In this document: positions 28,157-36,679 of the stretch, in pieces
Numbering within the stretch: position 1 is the stretch's first letter
Layout of the letters: each line of letters starts with the position of its first letter
Virus record (IMG/VR): IMGVR_UViG_3300007734_000739
Span: 1 to 61,692 of that record
Strand: one strand, 5' to 3'
DNA length: 61,692 nucleotides
Source: a virus
Taxonomy: Duplodnaviria; Caudoviricetes
The notes under the pieces: model-generated
Seen by the model: only the letters and a program-made list of their open reading frames with translations
Databases searched by the model: none
What the model was told of the DNA's origin: nothing
Position numbers and translations under genes: made by a program

Positions 28157-28648
28157 TTAAAACAAACAGACTTGGCAACTGGAAAAATTCGCACGATAGG
28201 TAATCGTTTTATCTGTCTCGCGGATTTTTTTGCCAGCGGATTTGCTCATGTTGATGTTCTGCTGTAACAAGGGGCGCAACTTTGAATCGGTATAGTCAAA
28301 GTCCACGACCTTGTTTGTTTCCTTGTCAATGACCGCGATTCCATTCCCGCAACCTCTGTATTTCTTTTCTAACAGATCACTCGGGATGGAATAAACCTTT
28401 TCATTTGACTTGCGGTTTTCTTTGCATTGCTCAATTGCGCGGTTGACATAGGTTTGCATGACCTCATCGGGTTCGTTGGCAGTCTTACCATCGTCATGCA
28501 AGAACATGGCGACCAAGCGCGGAAAGTTCCCAACCTCAATACCTTGCAAGACAAAGCCATTCATCATCTGCATGAGGCGCGGCTGACCCATAAGTGTGAT
28601 GCCCATGACATCAATGGCACTCCATTTATTCTGTAAATCTTCAAACAT
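28157..28648 (-). CDS. hypothetical protein
   Basis: AAGGAG RBS before MFEDLQ. Confidence 0.65.
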   Translation of the reverse strand: MFEDLQNKWSAIDVMGITLMGQPRLMQMMNGFVLQGIEVGNFPRLVAMFLHDDGKTANEPDEVMQTYVNRAIEQCKENRKSNEKVYSIPSDLLEKKYRGCGNGIAVIDKETNKVVDFDYTDSKLRPLLQQNINMSKSAGKKIRETDKTITYRANFSSCQVCLF

Positions 28649-29102
28649 TTGCGTTCTCCTTGTAAATTTTTCGGGCTTGGTCAAAAGGTAAATTGTTCAA
28701 AATCTGAATTGATTCGGATGGACTGATGCGGACTGCCTTACTAATTTCGTAAAGCTGTCCGTCCCTTGTAAAAAGGGTTTTTGTCTTCATCAGTCGTTTC
28801 AAATCCTTGTCGATCAACCAGTTCGTGAGCAAATCACCAAAAATGGTTTCGTGCGTCTGCTCTAAAAGCATTGGTTTGCCTGTGGTCGGATCATTCCATT
28901 CGCACACAATTGGTGGCAAAGTCTTGGCATAGGCATCTATCTCTTGTGCTAACTGCCAAGGGGTTACATGGTCGCACCCACCATGTCCGTCATTGCTTAC
29001 CAACCCTTCGCGTTTGCCATTGATGTAAATCGCTGCCTCGAAGCAGTTTGTCTCGCGGCTGGCAAACTCGCTGTGCTTGATGTTTTTCAGTTCGATCTTC
29101 AT
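28641..29102 (-). CDS. hypothetical early protein
   Basis: SRETNCFEA.IYING...NDGHGG motif. Confidence 0.7.
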   Translation of the reverse strand: MKIELKNIKHSEFASRETNCFEAAIYINGKREGLVSNDGHGGCDHVTPWQLAQEIDAYAKTLPPIVCEWNDPTTGKPMLLEQTHETIFGDLLTNWLIDKDLKRLMKTKTLFTRDGQLYEISKAVRISPSESIQILNNLPFDQARKIYKENANV

Positions 29103-29299
29103 GCTTGTTCCTTTGCAAATTTAATAGCCGATTCCCATATACACAAGGCATCCATGATGCTTGAGTAATACTCGCTAAATTCTTGATAAAGATCCTCATG
29201 GTCTTCGTGGTATCGACTAACGAATTCTCTAACCACAGTCTCAGGGGCAACCGCTACACACTTGCCATAGGCTTTGATAAATTCCTCGTCTTTGCTCAT
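29099..29299 (-). CDS. hypothetical protein
   Basis: coupled overlaps. Confidence 0.6.
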   Translation of the reverse strand: MSKDEEFIKAYGKCVAVAPETVVREFVSRYHEDHEDLYQEFSEYYSSIMDALCIWESAIKFAKEQA

Positions 29300-29688
29300 G
29301 CTGTCATCCCATTCTCAACATCTGTGCCGTATGTACATAGTTCCAAGTCTCTGCGTTCCGTGTATTCGTGGCGCAGTTCGGCATCGGTTTGGTTGTCATA
29401 GCCAACAAAGCCACAACGCAAAATTTCACAAATCCAACCCTTCATGTAGTTTCTGTCCAAGTCTTGCAAATCATCGTCCAGCAAAATGCTGATGATCTGC
29501 TCGCGGTCTAGTTGATCGGCTGGCAGAGAAAAAATTGTGTCAAATGATTCAATCTTCATGGTTCGTTTTCCTTTTTGTTGGGATTCATTCCATCCAGCAG
29601 TCCAAATAAATCTATCTCTGTCGGATAGATCTTGTTCGTTGTTGCGTCTTTCCCATTCGTGAAACGCATCATTGGCATCGGTCATCAT
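29296..29688 (-). CDS. hypothetical protein
   Basis: 130 aa, coupled overlaps. Confidence 0.6.
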   Translation of the reverse strand: MMTDANDAFHEWERRNNEQDLSDRDRFIWTAGWNESQQKGKRTMKIESFDTIFSLPADQLDREQIISILLDDDLQDLDRNYMKGWICEILRCGFVGYDNQTDAELRHEYTERRDLELCTYGTDVENGMTA

Positions 29689-30221
29689 TCGTACTCCTCT
29701 GCCTCGCCTATTCCCATTTCTTCTACTATGTCTTCAGGAATATTGCCCTTGGAAATTTCATAGCACTCATCCTCGCCATCGTTCCAGCGACCGCAAAAAT
29801 CACAACCAGTTTCAGCGTAATAGGCGCAAATTTCGTACCCCATCGCCTTCAATTTTTCGTATGCGACACAAGGGGGCGACCATGCGCTATCAAAATTTAC
29901 AGAAAAACTGTTACCTATAACAGTCGCCTCTTCGCCATATGAAGGGTGATAACCTACATCCCACTTCGTACCCCATTCGTTAACGCAGTATTCCCACCAA
30001 GTCGGGTAACCATACTTTTCAATATTGGCGGCTACCTTGGCATCGTTTGCTTTTTGTTCTTCTTCGTCACTTGTCCAACCCTTTACTGTTTCCATCAGTT
30101 CGGATGGACAAGGGACTAGAGTCTGCAAAAATTTGCCAGCGTTCCATGCGTCTGCGGCTTTTTGGATCATGGCTGGGTCGGAATGGCTGATCGTCATTGT
30201 GTTGTTGCACCAGTTTGGCAT
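29685..30221 (-). CDS. DUF1281/YubB-like ferredoxin-fold protein
   Basis: MPNWCNN, WGTKWD, FDSAWSPP, YYAETGCDFCG. Confidence 0.78.
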   Translation of the reverse strand: MPNWCNNTMTISHSDPAMIQKAADAWNAGKFLQTLVPCPSELMETVKGWTSDEEEQKANDAKVAANIEKYGYPTWWEYCVNEWGTKWDVGYHPSYGEEATVIGNSFSVNFDSAWSPPCVAYEKLKAMGYEICAYYAETGCDFCGRWNDGEDECYEISKGNIPEDIVEEMGIGEAEEYE

Positions 30222-30232
30222 GATGGTTCTCC

Positions 30233-30529
30233 TCAGTTGTAATGGTTAAGTGCTTGGGTTCGGATGCTGTCCAGCATGGCAAGCGCGGCAGTATGTTGTC
30301 TTTCAACTGCTGGTTTTGTGCATCGTTCGGATGATTGAATCAATGTCTGATTAAAGTCGGTGAATGGTGAAAAGGTAAAAAAATAATCTTCTTGGATGCC
30401 GACCTTGGCGGTGGTGGTAATGTTTCCACTTGATCGTTTCATTGTGGTAACGCAGATTTTTTGGTTTTCTTTGAACGGCAAAAATGATTCTGCCATCCAA
30501 GTGCCATAGCATGATTTGAAAATTTTCAT
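30233..30529 (-). CDS. hypothetical protein
   Basis: AAAGGA RBS before MKIFKS. Confidence 0.65.
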   Translation of the reverse strand: MKIFKSCYGTWMAESFLPFKENQKICVTTMKRSSGNITTTAKVGIQEDYFFTFSPFTDFNQTLIQSSERCTKPAVERQHTAALAMLDSIRTQALNHYN

Positions 30530-30596
30530 TCGTATGATCCTTTCTGTTTTGGCAAAAGTGCCACCCAAACCCTGACAACAGGGCTTGAATAGTGTT

Positions 30597-30773
30597 TTAC
30601 ATATCAAAGGAATAATCTTCTAGACTGGTTACAAGTCCGTCAAAGTCTTCGTTTTTGCCCAAAATGTCAGCAAGTGCATAAACAATGTCGCGCGGATAGT
30701 CTTCACACAGGCTCTCTAAGTATTCCTTGCGGTTTGAAAATCCGTTTAACTGGTATTCGTTTGGTATATTCAT
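30597..30773 (-). CDS. small acidic protein, 58 aa (missing from ORF track)
   Basis: MNIPNEYQLNGFSNRKEYLESLCEDY...EDFDGLVTSLED. Confidence 0.65.
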   Translation of the reverse strand: MNIPNEYQLNGFSNRKEYLESLCEDYPRDIVYALADILGKNEDFDGLVTSLEDYSFDM

Positions 30774-30875
30774 GGTCTGCCTTTCGTTGGTTGGTTCGGA
30801 TGGTATCTGTTAGGTTGGGTATCAACCTAACAGGCAGTATCGTGATCGTGATTCTGCCTGTCCAGTGAATTTTTT

Positions 30876-31055
30876 CTATCGGTTCGGGGTGGTCGATAGT
30901 CGGGCTTCTTGTCTGCCCTGTTCGATTAATCTTCGCGCCTCGGTGCGGTGCGGTATCGTTTCGGATTCGATCATGTGGCGGAGTGTTTCGGCTGGGGTTT
31001 TGCCCTTTTCATAGGCATAGCCAGCGCGGATATATTCGGATTCGGGGTGGTTCAT
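30876..31055 (-). CDS. hypothetical protein, 59 aa (missing from ORF track)
   Basis: ATGA overlap with 31052..31261. Confidence 0.55.
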   Translation of the reverse strand: MNHPESEYIRAGYAYEKGKTPAETLRHMIESETIPHRTEARRLIEQGRQEARLSTTPNR

Positions 31056-31261
31056 GTTGTCCCTTTCAATAATTTATTGCAAGCGTTTTCGTAAATTTCC
31101 CTCGCGTTTTCGTTCAATGTTTCCACCGATAGCATGGGCGATGGTTTGAAATAACGCATGAGCTTGCACAATCTTGCGTATTCTTTTGACCATTGCCCAT
31201 TATGACAATGGGACAATGCCAAAAAATAAGCCTCGCAAATATCAAAGCGATCAAAATACAT
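31052..31261 (-). CDS. hypothetical protein
   Basis: MYFDRFDICEAY...H.GQWS..YARL; AAAGG RBS. Confidence 0.7.
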   Translation of the reverse strand: MYFDRFDICEAYFLALSHCHNGQWSKEYARLCKLMRYFKPSPMLSVETLNENAREIYENACNKLLKGTT

Positions 31262-31271
31262 GATTAACCTT

Positions 31272-31562
31272 TCAAAATAAATCTAGGGTTGTGTCTTTTC
31301 GGGGTGCTGCTGGCGGTGGTTGCAATTGGAAGTGCGCGGATTCTTCTTCTTTGAAGTGGTCGGCATCGGCTCGCGGCTCAAAATCCCCCAAAGTTCCGTC
31401 CCAATAATGGGTTGGATGCGGTTCTACTTTGAAGGTTTTGGCGACTGCCAGCACTTCGTCTGCTGTTTTTTTGTGCTCGCACAATGGCATTTCTTGGTAA
31501 ATTAAACTCCAGCCGTGGGGCGAGTGCGAAAGATAGCATTTTGGGGTTTCGGTCGGTTTCAT
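31272..31562 (-). CDS. hypothetical protein
   Basis: 96 aa ending in TLDLF (sliding-clamp-binding-like tail). Confidence 0.6.
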   Translation of the reverse strand: MKPTETPKCYLSHSPHGWSLIYQEMPLCEHKKTADEVLAVAKTFKVEPHPTHYWDGTLGDFEPRADADHFKEEESAHFQLQPPPAAPRKDTTLDLF

Positions 31563-31723
31563 TGGTCATTTCTCCATTGTTTACAGGGTCTACGGCTCAA
31601 ATAATAGGTGGCGGTCGGGTCGCTGATTCGATATTCGATTAGCGCGGCTCGCGCGGCTTTTAGATTGTCGAATTCGTCAACTGTTTCAAGCTGGCGGCTG
31701 TCTTTTCGTTGGATGTAGATCAT
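31559..31723 (-). CDS. hypothetical protein, 54 aa (missing from ORF track)
   Basis: MIYIQRKD...LETVDEF; ATGA overlaps at both ends. Confidence 0.65.
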   Translation of the reverse strand: MIYIQRKDSRQLETVDEFDNLKAARAALIEYRISDPTATYYLSRRPCKQWRNDQ

Positions 31724-32178
31724 GTGTTCACCTCTTCCAGCATGGCTACGGCTTCTCTCATGGCTGCGGCTTGATTGGTCAAGCGGTTGGCGCGGTGCTT
31801 GAATTCAGCGCGGTAATATGTTGCTGGGTCGATCTTTTCGGACATTTCCCAAAATTTCAGCGCGGTGGCTTTGCTGTTTGTGCATTCTTCGAATTTTGGG
31901 CGGAAAATCGGTTGTCCGAACAGGTCGAAAACGATAACCCGAAAACCTCGGCAAGTGTTGTCGTAATTGAGGGCGACACTTTCGACCATCTTGAAAAACA
32001 ACCCTTCTTCTATCGGTTCCCCCGAAACAATTCGGGCATGAAAAAATTTCAGCGAGTTATCCTCTGCGTAATGTGTCCGTCCAGCTAGGTTTTTTTGCGT
32101 GTTGTGTTTTGGGTCTCTGGATTTGTGGGTGAACAGTTCAACATTTGCGGTTGTGCTGATAAGCTTGGCGGTTTTCAT
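31720..32178 (-). CDS. hypothetical protein
   Basis: 152 aa, AAGGA RBS. Confidence 0.7.
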   Translation of the reverse strand: MKTAKLISTTANVELFTHKSRDPKHNTQKNLAGRTHYAEDNSLKFFHARIVSGEPIEEGLFFKMVESVALNYDNTCRGFRVIVFDLFGQPIFRPKFEECTNSKATALKFWEMSEKIDPATYYRAEFKHRANRLTNQAAAMREAVAMLEEVNT

Positions 32179-32181
32179 GGT

Positions 32182-32511
32182 TTATCCTTTGATTAGTTTG
32201 GCGGCTTTGAATGCTGCTTTCCAGTATTTGGCGGCTCGGTTGTCGTTGTTGCGTGAAAAGTGCAAGCTGTAGATTGTTTCTTCGCCTGTTTGATAGTCAG
32301 GTTCAGGGTATGTGTCCAGCCATTCATAGGGTTCGCCTGTCGCTGGCGAACAGCTAGGATTGTGGAAACCTTCGCGGTCAATCAGGGTTAACAGTTCGCG
32401 GAGGGTGTAGGGTTCATCTTCGAAAATAAACCCATGGTCGGCAATATCGCCATCTTCTGCGGATTCGGGGGTAATGGTTTGGTATGTTTTGGATATGAGA
32501 ATCATGGTCAA
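32182..32511 (-). CDS. hypothetical protein
   Basis: YQTITPESAEDGD..GF motif. Confidence 0.7.
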   Translation of the reverse strand: MTMILISKTYQTITPESAEDGDIADHGFIFEDEPYTLRELLTLIDREGFHNPSCSPATGEPYEWLDTYPEPDYQTGEETIYSLHFSRNNDNRAAKYWKAAFKAAKLIKG

Positions 32512-32780
32512 AATCCTATTTCAAAGCGTGGAAGGTTGCGAATAAAAGAATCGTGGCTTGTGTGTTTTTGGGTGGTGGCGATTGTCCAGCCCTTGCTGTC
32601 AGCGGCTCGCAAATAATGGGGTGCATCGCAGTCTTCCTCCAAAAACACGCGGTCGGCTTTTTGGTAGGAATAGCGGCTTATCTTATGCGCGATATTCAAG
32701 GTTTCAAGGTCTGCGCGGTCAACTTCTAACCATCCGTGGGAAGGGTCAGCGTGGAAGGTGAGAGTTTTTTTCATGGTCAA
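32508..32780 (-). CDS. hypothetical protein
   Basis: DPSHGWL...ISRYSY...LEEDCD motif. Confidence 0.72.
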   Translation of the reverse strand: MTMKKTLTFHADPSHGWLEVDRADLETLNIAHKISRYSYQKADRVFLEEDCDAPHYLRAADSKGWTIATTQKHTSHDSFIRNLPRFEIGF

Positions 32781-33073
32781 TTTTCCTTGTTAATGTTAAA
32801 AAATTCGTCCAGTTGGTCGGCAAAATGGTCGCCTCGCCAAGCGTTGCCATCTGACATTTCAATAATCCCTTGGTTGAGCAAATCAAGGTCGAAAACGGCT
32901 ATTTTGGGCGCGGTGAATCCGTTTTCGTCTTTCGGGTCGTCTTTAAATCGAATGGCAAGCATTCGGCAAGGGTCTTGATTGTTTTCTTTCATGGTGAAAG
33001 TCAACACCTCAAAGGGATCGCCACAAACCCCATTCCTGTGCCAAGCTGGGGCGGATATGTTCTCAAGTTTCAT
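32777..33073 (-). CDS. hypothetical protein
   Basis: HRNGVCG.PF...NAWRGDHF motif. Confidence 0.7.
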   Translation of the reverse strand: MKLENISAPAWHRNGVCGDPFEVLTFTMKENNQDPCRMLAIRFKDDPKDENGFTAPKIAVFDLDLLNQGIIEMSDGNAWRGDHFADQLDEFFNINKEN

Positions 33074-33075
33074 TG

Positions 33076-33315
33076 TTAACCCTTTGCGACAAAGTAAAAA
33101 AGAACAGGGGAAACAAAAATTGCGAGCATCAAAAACGCGATGCTGGCGCGGTGCGCCATCTCTGCGCGGTACTGTTTGCGGTGGTATGCGTCCAGCAGTT
33201 CGGTGCTAGGTATGTGCCAAAAAATGGCGGCATTGACCACAGCATTTGTCAACGGATAACCTTTTTGAAGGTCGGCATCTATCATTTGAAAAACGGCTTT
33301 GTGGATGTATGTCAT
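33076..33315 (-). CDS. small protein with C-terminal TM helix
   Basis: IAFLMLAIFVSPVLFYFV. Confidence 0.6.
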   Translation of the reverse strand: MTYIHKAVFQMIDADLQKGYPLTNAVVNAAIFWHIPSTELLDAYHRKQYRAEMAHRASIAFLMLAIFVSPVLFYFVAKG

Positions 33316-33325
33316 GGTTTACCTT

Positions 33326-33511
33326 TCAGAGGTGGATTAATTGGGGGGTTTGTTGAATCACTTCAAAGCCTAGAGCTTTGATGGTTTTCAGGGCTTGAGG
33401 GGTGAGAGTTTTCGTTCCCAGTAATTGCGCGAACAATTGCGCGGTCGGGCAAGCTGGGTAGGCGGTAATGTTTCCATATACCGATTTGATGGTGACTGTG
33501 ACTGTCTGCAT
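33326..33511 (-). CDS. hypothetical protein
   Basis: GGAG RBS; KSVYG...YP.C..A.LFA.L.GTKTLT. Confidence 0.7.
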   Translation of the reverse strand: MQTVTVTIKSVYGNITAYPACPTAQLFAQLLGTKTLTPQALKTIKALGFEVIQQTPQLIHL

Positions 33512-33572
33512 TGTTTTCTCCGGTTGTGTGCAAAATGGCACTGATAAACCCCGAGGGGCTTATCGCTGACAT

Positions 33573-33872
33573 TTAGGCGGTCTGGTTGTAGGCTGCATCC
33601 CATGTATTCATGAATTCATTCTCGGAACAGTCTGCAACCGTTTCATCATCTTCTAAGCCAAAGGGGATAATCAAAGCCCATCCCTTGTAACCCTCGCCCC
33701 TTGTGTCGGATTTGCTATAGATTTTGATTTGAGCTTCTTCGACCGACTCAACAGCGTCAACGATTGCCTTGTATGCGCTTGATTTGCTAACCTGCCATTC
33801 TTCGCCATCGAATACAGAGACAAGGCAATTGTTTGCCAGTGCGTATTTGATAAGGTGCTTGTATGCTTTCAT
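33573..33872 (-). CDS. hypothetical protein, first gene of early arm
   Basis: AAGGGG RBS; VSVFDGEE motif. Confidence 0.7.
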   Translation of the reverse strand: MKAYKHLIKYALANNCLVSVFDGEEWQVSKSSAYKAIVDAVESVEEAQIKIYSKSDTRGEGYKGWALIIPFGLEDDETVADCSENEFMNTWDAAYNQTA

Positions 33873-34059
33873 GATTTCCCCTTTGAGTGTTTGATGTAGC
33901 AGCTACATAGACTGTCTATGTATCAGCTACAACGACAATGCTAGTTAGATCGTTGACAGCGGTCTAATGAATAGTTTCAATGGTGCGATTAGGGGTGATT
34001 GATTTTCTCTATTTGTTCCCTGTATACTGCGCCCACCCAAACAGCGAAGCGGAACAGTT

Positions 34060-34737
34060 ATGAGGAAGCTATCAAGGAAAGCAATCAACGAAGGATTGGA
34101 TACGATACCAATAGCAGAGATACTAGGTGTTTCCCCAAAATCTAAAGGGTTGACACATAAGCAGCAGACATTTGCCCGAGAGCTTGCGAAGGGAACAACG
34201 AAAGCAGAGGCATATCGGAAAGCATATAAAAAGAACGCATCGCCACACACATTAGCGGCAGAGCCTTATCGTATCGCGGCAGACCCGAGAATAACTGCGG
34301 AGGTCGATGCCTACAAGCTGGCAATAGAGTCGGCTAAACATAGAACCCCTGAAGCTTTACGACAGTTAGTTATCAAAACCTTGGTTGATGTAGCTATTTC
34401 CCCTGACGCGAAGGACGCTGTTAAGGTGCAAGCTGTGAAGGTACTTGGCACTGTCGTTGAAGTAGGCGCATTCCTAGAACGAAGGGAAGTAATCAATACC
34501 ACCAATAGCAAACAAGCGAAGGAAGAACTACTCCAGCAGATTAGAACGCTGATGATTGGTGACGCGACCGATGCGGTTGAGGTTGACGCTGACAGTTTAC
34601 TGCGCGAGCTAACCCCAGAAGTGGAAACGCTGCCAGCCGACACCCACCCATCCCACACCCCCCACGATGGCGAGACGGAGTCCCAAGCTGACAAACATAC
34701 TATTCCACACAAACAATCCCAAGATTTATCAGAATGA
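34060..34737 (+). CDS. terS: terminase small subunit
   Basis: LTHKQQTFARELAKG...EAYRKAY HTH; upstream of terL. Confidence 0.75.
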   Translation: MRKLSRKAINEGLDTIPIAEILGVSPKSKGLTHKQQTFARELAKGTTKAEAYRKAYKKNASPHTLAAEPYRIAADPRITAEVDAYKLAIESAKHRTPEALRQLVIKTLVDVAISPDAKDAVKVQAVKVLGTVVEVGAFLERREVINTTNSKQAKEELLQQIRTLMIGDATDAVEVDADSLLRELTPEVETLPADTHPSHTPHDGETESQADKHTIPHKQSQDLSE

Positions 34738-34849
34738 CCCCCCCATGCAAAATCTAAACAAGCCCCCCCGGGGTAGCAAAAAAATTTTTAATGCAAAGAT
34801 GATTCCTCGGCAGGGGGATATGACGTATGAGGAGTGTTTGGAGAAAAAG

Positions 34850-35074
34850 ATGAGTCCAGCGCAGAATGAAGTTTTTTTGGTGATAGATGAGTGGTGGAAG
34901 AAGTACCACTATGCACCGACCTTGCGGGATATTGCGTATATCCGTGGAAAGATGGGACTGGCAAATACGAAGAGATTGGTGGATAGGCTGGTGGATTTGG
35001 GAGTGGTAAAGAAAATAGAGAAGAGAGGTAGGACGGTCAGACCCGTCTACATTAAGTTCAGAGATTTGGAGTAA
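34850..35074 (+). CDS. LexA-like winged-helix DNA-binding domain protein (no peptidase domain)
   Basis: MSPAQNEVFLVI..WW...YAPTLRDIA...LVDLGV...GRTVRP; GGAG RBS. Confidence 0.75.
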   Translation: MSPAQNEVFLVIDEWWKKYHYAPTLRDIAYIRGKMGLANTKRLVDRLVDLGVVKKIEKRGRTVRPVYIKFRDLE

Positions 35075-35168
35075 GAAATCTGTAAGGTGGTAACGTTACC
35101 ACTTTACACGAAACTTACAGTAAGGAAACAGTAAGGTGGAAACGTTACCAGTTTACGTGAAACTTACA
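35071..35168. repeat. two imperfect 49-bp tandem units, each with the TGGWAACGTTWCCA palindrome
   Basis: units 35071-35119 and 35120-35168; cores at 35088 and 35137. Confidence 0.9.
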
Positions 35169-35181
35169 ATAGAAAGAGACT

Positions 35182-36672
35182 ATGAAACTTGAGGAATTGA
35201 TAGATAAATTAGAACCGCATGAGTATGAGAAGTTCATGGCTCAGGTGATGGAGTATCGTGGGGCGGTGGAGAGGGAGAGGGCGCAGGACAAGTTTATGGA
35301 GTATGTGAAGATGATGTGGCCCGGATTTGTGAGTGGGCGGCATCATGCTTTGATGGCGAAGAAGTTTGAGGATATTGCGAATGGGAAGATAAAGAGGGCG
35401 ATTATCAATATGCCGCCTCGACATACGAAGAGTGAGTTTGCGTCTTATCTTTTGCCGAGTTGGTTTCTTGGCAAGTTTCCGAATAAGAAGGTGATCCAGT
35501 GTTCGAACACGGCGGAACTAGCTGTTGGGTTTGGACGTAAGGTCAGGAACTTGGTGGGGAGTGAACAGTACGCGAAGGTATTTCCGAATGTCGCTTTGAG
35601 ACAGGACAGTAAGGCAGCTGGCAGATGGGCTACGAATGGCGGGGGTGAGTATTTTGCGATTGGTGTTGGGGGTACTGTTACGGGTAAGGGTGCTGATCTA
35701 TTGATTATTGATGACCCGCATTCAGAACAAGAAGCTGCTTTGGCGGCTGGGGATCCGAGTGTTTACGATAAGGTATATGAGTGGTATACGTCTGGCCCAC
35801 GGCAACGTTTACAGCCGGGTGGATCTATTGTGATTGTGATGACTCGTTGGGGAGACAGGGATCTAACGGGTAGAGTGATTAAGGATGCAGCAGGCAGAGA
35901 TAAGGGTGAAGAGTGGGAGATTATTGAATTGCCTGCTATCATGCCGTCGGGGAATCCTTTGTGGCCTGAGTTTTGGAGTATTGATGAGCTGACTGCTTTA
36001 AAGGAGGAGTTGCCACCTGCTAAGTGGAACGCTCAATACCAGCAGAGTCCGACTGGCGAAGAGGGTGCGATTGTGAAGCGGGAGTGGTGGAAGCGGTGGA
36101 CGAAAGAGGATCCACCTCCATGTCAGTTCATTATTCAGAGTTGGGACACGGCGTTTACGAAGAGTGAGAGAAGTGACTATTCTGCGTGTACGACTTGGGG
36201 GGTTTTTTATTTGAATGAGAACCCAGAGGATGCGAATGTTATTTTGTTGGATGCGTTTAAGAAGCGGATGGAGTTTCCTGAGTTGAAGGAAAAGGCGCAT
36301 CAGAATTATTTGTACTGGGAGCCTGATGCTTTTGTGATTGAGGCGAAAGCGGCGGGTAGTCCGTTGATATTTGAATTGAGACAGATGGGCATTGTGGTGA
36401 GTGAATATACGCCGAGCCGTGGAAATGATAAGTTTGTGAGGATCAATTCAGTTGCTGATTTATTTAGTTCAGGTAAAGTGTGGGCACCAGAAACTCGCTG
36501 GGCTGATGAATTGATCGAAGAGATGGCAGCGTTTCCTAATGCGCCGAATGATGACTTGGTGGATTCCTCCACGCAGGCGTTGATTAGATTTCGCAAAGGT
36601 GGCTTTTTGAGACTTGCATCTGATGAGAGAGAAGAGCTTAAAAGCTTTCGCAGAAAACAATCTTACTATTGA
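35182..36672 (+). CDS. terL: terminase large subunit
   Basis: INMPPRHTKS Walker A, LLIIDDP Walker B, SWDTA, IEAKAAG, DDLVD. Confidence 0.95.
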   Translation: MKLEELIDKLEPHEYEKFMAQVMEYRGAVERERAQDKFMEYVKMMWPGFVSGRHHALMAKKFEDIANGKIKRAIINMPPRHTKSEFASYLLPSWFLGKFPNKKVIQCSNTAELAVGFGRKVRNLVGSEQYAKVFPNVALRQDSKAAGRWATNGGGEYFAIGVGGTVTGKGADLLIIDDPHSEQEAALAAGDPSVYDKVYEWYTSGPRQRLQPGGSIVIVMTRWGDRDLTGRVIKDAAGRDKGEEWEIIELPAIMPSGNPLWPEFWSIDELTALKEELPPAKWNAQYQQSPTGEEGAIVKREWWKRWTKEDPPPCQFIIQSWDTAFTKSERSDYSACTTWGVFYLNENPEDANVILLDAFKKRMEFPELKEKAHQNYLYWEPDAFVIEAKAAGSPLIFELRQMGIVVSEYTPSRGNDKFVRINSVADLFSSGKVWAPETRWADELIEEMAAFPNAPNDDLVDSSTQALIRFRKGGFLRLASDEREELKSFRRKQSYY

Positions 36673-36679
36673 GGATTAA

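Noticed and set aside
35071-35168. CRISPR mini-array
   Set aside because: Only two units, similar along their whole length, with no unique spacer and no cas genes
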